17,903 bases of DNA from positions 1 through 17,903 of the forward strand of contig JAZDIZ010000106.1 of the NCBI GenBank assembly GCA_043804515.1. The letters are read 5' to 3'. The position numbers and the translations under genes were made by a program. Under the pieces are notes generated by a model. It was not told where the DNA came from. It saw only the letters and a program-made list of their open reading frames with translations, and did not search any database. Of this stretch, positions 8,897 through 16,809 are shown piece after piece (positions within the stretch are counted from its first letter, which is position 1; every line of letters begins with the position of its first letter). Source of the DNA: Pseudomonadota bacterium. Lineage in GTDB: Bacteria > Bdellovibrionota_G > JALEGL01 > DATDPG01.

Positions 8897-9196
8897 ATGC
8901 TTAAAACATTTCGGACGTACCAATTGGCGGTTTTGTTGTATGGGGAGTGCAAGAAGACGTGCCTGCCGGCCCATTTGAGACTTCAACTTCTTCGGGCGGC
9001 ATCGAGCATCTGTCTGAACCTGGCGGAGGGGACGGGAAGAGCCACCAAAAAGGAGAGACTACGGTTCTATTCCATCGCCTTTGGGTCACTACGGGAGGTC
9101 CAGGCGATCCTCGACTTGGAGCCGAGGTTCGACAGTTCGGTCCTCAGGCTGGTGGATCACTTGGGTGGTTGTTTATACCGGTTAACCCATCAATAA
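8897..9196 (+). CDS. Four helix bundle protein (23S rRNA IVP / bAvd-like family), 99 aa
   Basis: QLLRAASSICLNLAEG...KERLRFYSIAFGSLREVQAIL; GGGAGG SD. About 55% identical to the 8528-8830 product by manual alignment. Confidence 0.88.
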   Translation: MLKTFRTYQLAVLLYGECKKTCLPAHLRLQLLRAASSICLNLAEGTGRATKKERLRFYSIAFGSLREVQAILDLEPRFDSSVLRLVDHLGGCLYRLTHQ

Positions 9197-9252
9197 CCCG
9201 GATTCCGGGACGGATTCGGCATCGGATGCCTCGATGCCTGATGCCCGATTCT
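9197..9252. repeat. Degenerate 6-7-nt repeat tract (CCGGATT/GATGCC) between the four-helix gene and the mlaD stop
   Basis: CCCGGATTCCGGG palindrome, GGCATCGGATGCC hairpin, GATGCC three times; resembles 3559-3727 and 8502-8540. Confidence 0.65.
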
Positions 9253-10683
9253 TTACAGTCCCGATCGCGGGGCCAGCATCACCAGGGCTTTGAGGTCGTC
9301 GTCGGTGAACTGGATTCCGCCCCCCACGAACGCGTTGCGGCCGCCGATCTTCGTGACGATGTCGTCCACGCCTCCCGTGAGGAGAAGGTGTTTGTACAGG
9401 ACGATCGTCCCATAGCCCCGCAATTGCATCCGGTTGCTGGGCCGGTTGAAATCAAAGGCCTCCACGCTCAGAACCAATTTGTCATGGAAGAGGCTGTAAT
9501 CCGCGCCCACTCCCCCTTGGTTTCGGATCAAGCCGAAGCGGAGCGTTAGATCCCAAAATCTCTTGGCCAAAAGGAGGGTGAAGAGAAGGTTGTTGTCCGT
9601 CTGCACGACCTGGGTGGTGCTGACCGTGGCGCCGCCCGATGTGACGGTCGTGTCGGTTACGTGCGTGCGGCCTCTGGGAGCGCTCACGATCTCGAAGAGG
9701 AGGTACTTGTCCGGGGCGGGCGCCAACGTGATTCCTACGAGGTTCTGCAGCTGCTTGGACGAAGTGAGATACTCGCCGCGGTACCGGATTCCGAGCTGGA
9801 TCTTGCGGAAAAGGCCCATTGTGTCGTTCACGTTGTCCAGCGTTTCGTTCACCTTGTTGACCGTGGTTTCGTCGTTGAGAAGTTTTCCCACGGTCCCCTC
9901 GCCCCGCTCCACTTTGGCGAGGATCCGGTCGAGCGATTCCATGCTCTTGTTCATATGCTCGGCGGCCATGCTGATCTGCCCGTTCTTCCCCAATGCGTCC
10001 CGCATCGACACCGCCACATCGCCGAGCGCCACCAGAACCGAGTGGATCTGCTCCTTGTTCTCGCCTGTGATGTCGGAAAGATCCGCTGAAAACGATTCCA
10101 AATGCCGGAGGATCTGGCTCACGCGATTCTCGTTCGCTCCGACGATATCGTTGAGCTTCTGGCTCATGTCGCGCATGTTGACGACCACCCTGCCGAGCGC
10201 TCCCTTCGGGTTGTCGGATTCGACCAGTTCGCGGACGGTGTTCGCGGTTTCCGTGAGCGATTGCGCGATCTGTTGAAAATCGTTCTTGGTGTACGTCTTC
10301 CGGATTTCGCCGCCGTCGGCCAACACCGGTGTTTCCGATGTCCCCGGATTCATCATGATGAACTTGTCTCCGAGGAGTCCGCGGTCCCGGATCGTAAGCG
10401 CCGCGTCGGCGTGGACTTGGATGTCCTTGCGCACCCGGATATGCACGAGGGCCGTGTCGCCGTCGAGCCGCATGTCCTCCACGTACCCGACCGTGATTCC
10501 CGCGACCTCGATCGGCACCTTGCGGATCAAGCCCGAGACGGACTCGAAGTGCGCCTGGTAAATTTTGGAGCCGGTGCCTACGTACCCCCGGTCGTTCACC
10601 TTGAGGGACATATAAATGATGATGAGAAGGCCCAAAAGCGCGAACGCTCCGACCGCGAATTCCGTCGAAAGAATCCGTTTCAT
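9253..10683 (-). CDS. mlaD: MlaD/MCE family protein with long helical region and C-terminal beta-rich domain
   Basis: N-terminal TM (EFAVGAFALLGLLIIIY), MCE domain (FESVSGL...VAGITVGYV...GLLGDKFI..NPG), GEGTVGKLLND motif. ATGA overlap with mlaF. Confidence 0.9.
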   Translation of the reverse strand: MKRILSTEFAVGAFALLGLLIIIYMSLKVNDRGYVGTGSKIYQAHFESVSGLIRKVPIEVAGITVGYVEDMRLDGDTALVHIRVRKDIQVHADAALTIRDRGLLGDKFIMMNPGTSETPVLADGGEIRKTYTKNDFQQIAQSLTETANTVRELVESDNPKGALGRVVVNMRDMSQKLNDIVGANENRVSQILRHLESFSADLSDITGENKEQIHSVLVALGDVAVSMRDALGKNGQISMAAEHMNKSMESLDRILAKVERGEGTVGKLLNDETTVNKVNETLDNVNDTMGLFRKIQLGIRYRGEYLTSSKQLQNLVGITLAPAPDKYLLFEIVSAPRGRTHVTDTTVTSGGATVSTTQVVQTDNNLLFTLLLAKRFWDLTLRFGLIRNQGGVGADYSLFHDKLVLSVEAFDFNRPSNRMQLRGYGTIVLYKHLLLTGGVDDIVTKIGGRNAFVGGGIQFTDDDLKALVMLAPRSGL

Positions 10684-11423
10684 GCGCGGCGCCCCGTGTA
10701 GGCGTCCGCCTCGATGAATTGCCGCACGAAGGGATGGCGGGAGCGGCGGAACTCCTCGGGCGTCAGGTTCTCCACGATCTGCCCTTTGTAAAGCATCGCG
10801 ATGCGATCGGCAATTCGATACGAAAGGGGCAGGTCATGGCTGATCAGGACGATCGTGACCTTGCGATGGGCATGGGTCTCGCGGATGAGCTCGGTGATCT
10901 GCTCGTTCATGATCGGGTCGAGCCCCGTCGTGGGCTCGTTGAAGAGGAGGATCTTGGGTTCCAGCACCAGCGCCCGGGCCAGGCCGACGCGCTTGCGCAT
11001 GCCGCCGGACAGCTCGTCGGGAAATCTGGAATCGACGTCCTCGAGTCCCACCTCCTCCAGCCGTTCGTGCACGATTTTTTCGATCTTCCCGTCGGAAAAG
11101 TCCGTGTGCTCGTAGAGGGGAAAGCTGACGTTTTCGAAGACGTCCATGTCGTCGAAAAGGGCCGCCTCCTGGAACAGCATCCCGATCTTTCTCCGGACGC
11201 GGTCCATTTGAGCGGGTCTGAGGGCCGTCACTTCCTCGCCATCGACGAAAATTTCGCCGCGGTCGGGTTTGAAAAGCCCGATCAGGTGTTTGAGCAGGAC
11301 GGATTTTCCCTCGCCGCTGGGCCCCATGATGGATGTGACTTTTCCGGCCTCAATGGAAAGGTTGACGCCGTCCAGTACCAGCAAGGACCCGAACGATTTA
11401 TGGAGGTTTCGAATTTCGATCAT
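10680..11423 (-). CDS. mlaF: MlaF-type ABC transporter ATP-binding protein (Walker B reads LLFNE)
   Basis: Walker A GPSGEGKS, Q-loop FQEAALFD, signature LSGGMRKRVGLARAL, EPTTGLDP, ISHD. Confidence 0.92.
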   Translation of the reverse strand: MIEIRNLHKSFGSLLVLDGVNLSIEAGKVTSIMGPSGEGKSVLLKHLIGLFKPDRGEIFVDGEEVTALRPAQMDRVRRKIGMLFQEAALFDDMDVFENVSFPLYEHTDFSDGKIEKIVHERLEEVGLEDVDSRFPDELSGGMRKRVGLARALVLEPKILLFNEPTTGLDPIMNEQITELIRETHAHRKVTIVLISHDLPLSYRIADRIAMLYKGQIVENLTPEEFRRSRHPFVRQFIEADAYTGRRA

Positions 11424-11491
11424 TCCAACCCGCGCCCCGCCGGGAAGGAAAATACCAGCTTTCCGGAGCAGATGCGAAATCCTTGGTCATG

Positions 11492-11592
11492 CCTAATTGG
11501 GGACACGTACCAATTAGGAACTTGGCAGTAAGATTGAAGTTATAAACCGGGCAGACTCCTTGCACCTGCGAAATTCGTACGTGTCCCCATTT
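11492..11592. mobile_element. Small REPIN/MITE-like element with 21-bp terminal inverted repeats
   Basis: AATTGGGGACACGTACCAATT (11495-11515) versus AATTCGTACGTGTCCCCATTT (11572-11592), 19/21 complementary. The left arm is also a 9-bp hairpin CCTAATTGG/CCAATTAGG. Confidence 0.6.
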
Positions 11593-11674
11593 TCCATGAG
11601 TAAAGCACCGGCCTCATCGAAACAGGGATATTGCCAAGCCTCGTCATTCTAGAGGAGATCGATTGCGATTAAAC

Positions 11675-11880
11675 AAGCAGGGCGGGCCGGAAGATCTTTG
11701 CTGCTTGGGAAGGCGGGCGAGACGAAAAAGCGTGCCGGAGACGGCCGTATCCATGCTTCTGATGCCACGGCCGTCGAGCGCCGAGCGGCGGAGGGCGGCG
11801 TAACGCCCGACGACCGCGTCTTTTTCGGACCGACCGACTTTCCATGGCAGCCGGAGCGAAGGCAACGCCCCGCCCTGCCT
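11675..11880. other. Structured non-coding element, copy A (ncRNA or non-autonomous mobile element)
   Basis: Closed by GCAGGGCGGG/CCCGCCCTGC (11677-11686/11869-11878); long stem 11701-11730/11820-11850; shares ordered motifs with the reverse complement of 16810-16994. Confidence 0.7.
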
Positions 11881-11899
11881 ATGTCTTGGATGATTTCTC

Positions 11900-12727
11900 T
11901 TAAAAGAGGAGCGCCGTAAGAAAGTAATCCCCGATCAGGATCGCGACCGATGCGATCACGACCGCTTGTGTGGTCACTCTTCCCACGCCCTCCGCGCCCC
12001 CTCGCGCGGAATATCCTTTGTAGCAACCTACGATCGACAGGATCAGGCCGAACACGGCCGATTTGAATAATCCCTGCACGAAGTCCGGGACGTCCACGTA
12101 GTAGTAGATCTTCCCAAGGAAGATCGCTTCGTCGATCCTCAGGAGCTTCACGCCCACCACGTAGGTTCCGAGCGCGCCGACGAGATCGAATACGGCCGTG
12201 AGGAGCGGGAGCACCATCACGGCGGCCAGTACTCTCGGAACTACCAAATAGTTGATCGGATTCACCGACATGGCGATCAAAGCGTCCACCTGTTGCGTGA
12301 CCTGCATTGTCCCGATCTGAGCCGCCATGGCCGATCCCGCTCGGGCGGTTACCATGAGAGCGGTCAGAACCGGGGCCAGTTCGCGCGCGATCGAGATGGA
12401 GGCTACGGCCCCCGTGAGCGTCTCGGCTCGGAACAGCGAGAAAGCCCGCCCGCTCTGAAGGGCGAACACCATTCCCGTGAAAGCGCCGGTGAGCACGACA
12501 ATAAAGAGGGAACTCACTCCGATCACCTGCATCTGAGCGATGATCTGTCTCCACCGGATGGGGGGCCGGAACGCTTGCACCACCACGCTCCCCAGCATCA
12601 TCAGGATCCCCCCGGCCTGATCCACGGCCACGGTGAACACATGGATCGAGGCAAGGACGACTCGCCCCAACGCATTGATGGGTGTCTTGGAACCCCTTGT
12701 GATTTCTTTGAAGCGATCCTCTAACAT
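11900..12727 (-). CDS. mlaE: MlaE-family ABC transporter permease
   Basis: IGVSSLFIV, RELAPVLTALMVTARAGSAMAAQIGTM, LVVPRVLA, GGAEGVGRVTTQAVV; overlaps the alr stop. Confidence 0.94.
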   Translation of the reverse strand: MLEDRFKEITRGSKTPINALGRVVLASIHVFTVAVDQAGGILMMLGSVVVQAFRPPIRWRQIIAQMQVIGVSSLFIVVLTGAFTGMVFALQSGRAFSLFRAETLTGAVASISIARELAPVLTALMVTARAGSAMAAQIGTMQVTQQVDALIAMSVNPINYLVVPRVLAAVMVLPLLTAVFDLVGALGTYVVGVKLLRIDEAIFLGKIYYYVDVPDFVQGLFKSAVFGLILSIVGCYKGYSARGGAEGVGRVTTQAVVIASVAILIGDYFLTALLF

Positions 12728-13845
12728 ACGATGCGGCTGACCCTCGCGTGGATGCCCGTCAACACCTCATATGGAACCGTTCGGTCGGCGCGGGCCAGTT
12801 CATATGCGTCCGCAGCGCCGTCGCTACCGTCGTCCATGAGCGTGACTTCCTGCCCAGGGCGCGCGTCGAAAAACCGGCTTACATCGACCATCAAGAGATC
12901 CATACCGACCAAACCCAGAATCTTGCATCTCCGCCCGCGGAACCCGACGCCGGCCCGGGCGAAACTTCGCCGGAACCCGTCGCCGTAGCCCGAAGCCACC
13001 GTGGCCATCGTGGTGTCGCGGGTAGCGCGGAACGCCCGATTGTATCCTACCGTTTCGCCCCGAACGAGGCGCTTGATCTGCAGGATCGGGGCCTTCCAAT
13101 GCAGAACGGGACGGAACCGGAGCTTCTCCGCCGCCGAGACCCGCGGGGGATAACCGTACAACGCGATTCCCGGCCGGACCCAATCGAAATGCGATTCGGG
13201 CAACGCCAGAACCGCGCCGATGTTGGCCGTGTGGCGGATCAAACGCCGTCCGAGGGAACCCTCGAAGACTCCCAAGGCCCTCCGGTAGAGATACAACTGC
13301 CGCCTGGTGAACGCGGCATCGGGATTGTCCGACTCGGAAAAATGCGTGAAGATTCCCTCCACCTTCAGTGTCCGCACGGCCCCCAGTCGCTGGGCCGTCG
13401 AGACCCATTCCTCGGGCTCCAGTCCCAGCCTGTGCATTCCGGTGTCGACCTTCACGTGAACCCGGAGCAACTTTCGATGGCGCCGGGCCGCTTCTTCGAA
13501 GATCCTAAGCTGATCGTGCGAATACAGGGTGACGATGAGATTGCGGTGTACCGCCTCGTCCAATCCGTCCGGGGAAATCGCGCCCAGGCACACGATCGTG
13601 CCGCGATACGAGGCGTCCCTCAGGACGAGGGCCTCGGAAACGTCGGCGACGCCTACGCCGACAGCCCCCAGCCTTTGAAGTGTTTTGGCCATCAGGACGG
13701 TGCCGTGGCCGTAGGCATTCGCCTTCACGATGCCCAGAATGCGGGTGTCTTTCGGAAGAAGCGAGCGGAGCGAAGCCATGTTGCTCTTGAGGGCGCCCAG
13801 GTGCAGAAGCGCGCGCGTCGGGCGGACGTACGGCCGGGTGGTCAT
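12721..13845 (-). CDS. alr: Alanine racemase
   Basis: PLP-lysine motif GIVKANAYGHG, HVKVDTGMHRLG, FTHF, VRPGIALYG, catalytic Tyr in GETVGY, GYGDG, PYEVLT. Confidence 0.93.
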   Translation of the reverse strand: MTTRPYVRPTRALLHLGALKSNMASLRSLLPKDTRILGIVKANAYGHGTVLMAKTLQRLGAVGVGVADVSEALVLRDASYRGTIVCLGAISPDGLDEAVHRNLIVTLYSHDQLRIFEEAARRHRKLLRVHVKVDTGMHRLGLEPEEWVSTAQRLGAVRTLKVEGIFTHFSESDNPDAAFTRRQLYLYRRALGVFEGSLGRRLIRHTANIGAVLALPESHFDWVRPGIALYGYPPRVSAAEKLRFRPVLHWKAPILQIKRLVRGETVGYNRAFRATRDTTMATVASGYGDGFRRSFARAGVGFRGRRCKILGLVGMDLLMVDVSRFFDARPGQEVTLMDDGSDGAADAYELARADRTVPYEVLTGIHARVSRIVC

Positions 13846-16280
13846 AAGGCTTGCTTCATCAGAGCCTGGATCTCCGTGACCGATTGAAAGCGGTCTTCAG
13901 GCTTTTTCTCGAGGCACTTCCGGATCGTCCGGTTGACGAATTCGGGCATTTGCGGGTCCTGCTCCTTCGGGATCGGGGGAGCGGTATGAAGGTGGTGGAA
14001 TCCCATATCACCCTGCTTGAACGGCAGCTCCCCCAGCGCCATTTCGTAAATACAGATGCCCAGGGAGTAGATGTCGCTGCGGTGGTCGATCGGCGTGCCG
14101 AGCGTTTGCTCCGGCGACATGTAAGAAGGAGTGCCCCCCACGATGGACTGCTCGCTGGCCAGTTCCCGCACCATCTTGGCCAGACCGAAGTCCATGATCT
14201 TCACCACCTTCTGCTTCGTCCACATGATGTTGTTCGTGGAGAGATCCCGGTGCACGATCCTCATGGAGTGGGCGTACGCCAGGCCTTCCAGAAGCTGGCG
14301 AAGCACCTCGGACACGCTTCCGTAACTCAGCCTTCCCTTGGCCTTCAGAATCTGCTTGATCGTTCTCCCTTCGATCAGCTCCATGGCGATGTAATATTCC
14401 CCGTCCTGCGTGCCCGTGTCGTGAATTGTGACGATGTTGGGATGGTTGAGCGCCGCCGCGGACTTGGCTTCCCGGAGGAAGGTTTGGACGGCTTGCTCGT
14501 TCTTCTTGAACGAGCTGTGAAGGACTTTCAGGGCCACCAGGCGGTCCAACGCCTGATCCTTGGCCAGGTATACGACGCCCATCCCGCCTCGCCCGATTTC
14601 CTTCACGATCCCGTACCGTTTTCTTATCGGCTGCGTCGCGTTCGGGGAAAGCGCCGCCTCGGACGCGGCGAACATGCGGCTCCCGGAACCCGTCCCCAGG
14701 ACCTGCGACATCTTGGTGAACACCTTCTCGGCCAGGAGCTTGCGGACGTTCTCGGCTTTCTGAACGGCGGAGTGCTCGACCAGGTCCTGGGCCAGCATCT
14801 TCTCGAGGATTTGCAGGGCCTTCGATTGTGTCTGCGTCTGCTCGGCCACCAGCGCCAGGTTATAGATCATGTCGATGTCATCGCTCTTGAGTTCCTTCGT
14901 CAGGTCCAGCGCGCGCTCGAAGCATTCCTTCGCCTTGAGAGGGTCCCCCTCATCCAGGAGAATTCTCCCTTTAAGGGAAAGAGAGGTTTGGAAGCGCGGG
15001 TCGCCGGGCTCCATCTGCTCCAGAACCTTCAACGCCTCGTCGCGGCGCCCCAATCGATGGAGGACGGAAGCAAGCCCCACACGGTCGCCCGATTGCTCGA
15101 GCAGCTCGATCTCCTTTTCCGGAACACCGGCTCGCCGGTACGCCTCCACGGCCTTTTCGTAGATTTTCGCTTGTTCGTAAGCCCGGGCGGCCTCCGGATA
15201 GCGCTCCATCTGGTCGTACAATTCCGCGGCCATCTGAAAATCGCCGCCCTTCTCATAGATCCGGGCCGCTTCCGAATCCTGGTTGAGATCCTTGTGAAGC
15301 TCCGCGGCGCGCGTGAAGTCGCCGATCTCCTCGAACAGCTCGGCGGATTCCTTGAGCCGGCCCTGCTGGAAGAGCGACTCCGCGTTCAGGCGTTTCGCGG
15401 CCTCCTGATCCCCCTCCTGGCCGAAAAGCGCCGCCGCCTTTGCGAGGTCGCCCAGTTGTTCGTAGATCTCCGCGGCATGGCGGCGGTCACCCGCCTTGGC
15501 AAAGAGTCGGGCGGAATCCGCATGCCGGGCGCACTCCGCATAGAGTTGCGCGGCCCGTGCGTAATCCCCGGCGGCCTCCAGATACTTGCACGCGGGGAGC
15601 AGGTACCTCTCCTGGGAGGCCTGCACGGAAGCGGAGGGCAACCCCTCCTCATCCATTTTCAACCGGTTATGCGCTTCGATCAGGACTTCCGCGGCCCTGA
15701 GGGGTTTGCGGAGCTCGGAATAAATCTGGGCCGCCGCTTCGAAAGAGCCGGTTTTCAGATGCGCTTTCGCCGCCCGCTCCAGATCCCCCCGTTTGCGGTA
15801 GAGGTCGGGGATCTCGGAGGCGCGGTTTCCCCGTTCCAGGCAGGCCTCGGCTCGCTCGAAGTCCTTGAGATCGACGAACAATTCGGCCGCTTTCCGGGAC
15901 TCTCCGGCCCGCTCGAAGAGAGCGGCCGCCTTTTCGTACTGCCGCCGCCGGAGGTACACGTCCCCGGCGCGGCCGAAGAGGTTCCCCTCCTGGTAGACTT
16001 CTATGGCCTGATCCAGTTGTCCAAGCGCGACCAGCAAGTCCCCGGCCTGTGCGTATTCCCCGGCCTCCACCAGCCGGTGGATCTGGCGCTTGCCGTAGTG
16101 GGTGGCGAGCCAGGGGATTCGCGCGCGGAGCTTCGCCGCGCGATGGCTCATCAGGAACCGGTAGAGAACGTAGCAAATGCCCACGAGCAGGCCGACTTGA
16201 AGGAGCATGTGAATCCATTCATGGGAACGGACGAACGCGACGGCCTCGCTGAGCTTGAAAGAATTCGCTGTGGGATTCAC
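13842..16280 (-). CDS. Membrane-anchored TPR-repeat Ser/Thr protein kinase (~812 aa)
   Basis: [18 protein letters not shown], ~400 aa of A..FE.AG helical repeats, C-terminal Hanks kinase ([40 protein letters not shown]). Start GTG 16280 inferred from the promoter; ATG 16208 is the alternative. Confidence 0.88.
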   Translation of the reverse strand: MNPTANSFKLSEAVAFVRSHEWIHMLLQVGLLVGICYVLYRFLMSHRAAKLRARIPWLATHYGKRQIHRLVEAGEYAQAGDLLVALGQLDQAIEVYQEGNLFGRAGDVYLRRRQYEKAAALFERAGESRKAAELFVDLKDFERAEACLERGNRASEIPDLYRKRGDLERAAKAHLKTGSFEAAAQIYSELRKPLRAAEVLIEAHNRLKMDEEGLPSASVQASQERYLLPACKYLEAAGDYARAAQLYAECARHADSARLFAKAGDRRHAAEIYEQLGDLAKAAALFGQEGDQEAAKRLNAESLFQQGRLKESAELFEEIGDFTRAAELHKDLNQDSEAARIYEKGGDFQMAAELYDQMERYPEAARAYEQAKIYEKAVEAYRRAGVPEKEIELLEQSGDRVGLASVLHRLGRRDEALKVLEQMEPGDPRFQTSLSLKGRILLDEGDPLKAKECFERALDLTKELKSDDIDMIYNLALVAEQTQTQSKALQILEKMLAQDLVEHSAVQKAENVRKLLAEKVFTKMSQVLGTGSGSRMFAASEAALSPNATQPIRKRYGIVKEIGRGGMGVVYLAKDQALDRLVALKVLHSSFKKNEQAVQTFLREAKSAAALNHPNIVTIHDTGTQDGEYYIAMELIEGRTIKQILKAKGRLSYGSVSEVLRQLLEGLAYAHSMRIVHRDLSTNNIMWTKQKVVKIMDFGLAKMVRELASEQSIVGGTPSYMSPEQTLGTPIDHRSDIYSLGICIYEMALGELPFKQGDMGFHHLHTAPPIPKEQDPQMPEFVNRTIRKCLEKKPEDRFQSVTEIQALMKQAL

Positions 16281-16290
16281 GAGTTCTTCC

Positions 16291-16341
16291 AAGCTAACTG
16301 GGACGCTTCGGCTTGACAAGTTGAGATGCGCGCCGTACGAA
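16291..16341. promoter_or_regulatory. Putative overlapping divergent promoters for the kinase-alr-mla operon and ssb
   Basis: Minus: TTGTCA (16319-16314), 17 bp, TAGCTT (16296-16291). Plus: TTGACA (16313-16318), 17 bp, TACGAA (16336-16341). Confidence 0.5.
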
Positions 16342-16368
16342 GCCACAAAACCATCAAAGGGGTTGCGT

Positions 16369-16797
16369 ATGGCCGGCGGCGTGAACAAAGTCATTTTGAT
16401 CGGGCATTTGGGGGCGGATCCCGAGATCCGGTATACGCAGGGAGGCGTGCCGGTAGCCAATCTCCGCCTCGCGACCAGCGAAAACTGGAAGAACAAGAGC
16501 GGCCAGAAGGAAGAGCGCACGGAGTGGCACAGGGTCGTGGCGTGGTCCAAGCTTGCGGAGCTGGCGGGCCAGTACCTCTCCAAGGGCCGCCAGGTCTACG
16601 TCGAGGGGCGGATTCAGACACGAAGCTGGGACGACAAAGAGGGAAACAAGCGCTATTCCACGGAGATCGTGGCGACGAACATCCAGTTCCTGGGCGGGCC
16701 GTCCGATCGGGCGCCTGAATTCAAGGAAGCGCCCCCCGCGGACCTTCCTCCCCCTCCCGAGAACCTGGGCGCCACGGAAGACGACATCCCGTTTTAG
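16369..16797 (+). CDS. ssb: Single-stranded DNA-binding protein
   Basis: [39 protein letters not shown], acidic tail DDIPF. ATG 16369 follows AAGGGG. Confidence 0.97.
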   Translation: MAGGVNKVILIGHLGADPEIRYTQGGVPVANLRLATSENWKNKSGQKEERTEWHRVVAWSKLAELAGQYLSKGRQVYVEGRIQTRSWDDKEGNKRYSTEIVATNIQFLGGPSDRAPEFKEAPPADLPPPPENLGATEDDIPF

Positions 16798-16809
16798 CCC
16801 GCCACCTCG

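Noticed and set aside
8831..8986. 52-aa extension of the minus-strand four-helix-bundle ORF
   Set aside because: Antisense to the partner gene; the SD and the alignment with the paralogue fix the start at 8830.
8528..9196. DGR or 23S rRNA intervening sequence implied by Avd/IVP-like genes
   Set aside because: No reverse transcriptase, no template/variable repeat pair with adenine-specific mismatches and no rRNA in the window.
11644..11919. Small ORFs (73 aa on either strand) in the mlaE-mlaF gap, and 16794-16985 after ssb
   Set aside because: No SD or protein motifs, and no conserved reading frame between the two homologous elements; conservation fits base-pairing instead.
13851..16316. 821-aa + strand ORF, and similar long antisense ORFs at 1615-2961, 10719-11531 and 12748-13887
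   Set aside because: Shadow frames opposite well-supported genes in GC-rich DNA, with no recognisable motifs.
16281..16583. N-terminal extension of the kinase ORF, and the 16255 start for ssb
   Set aside because: Each extension overlaps the opposite gene; promoter-like hexamers and homology favour starts at 16280 and 16369.
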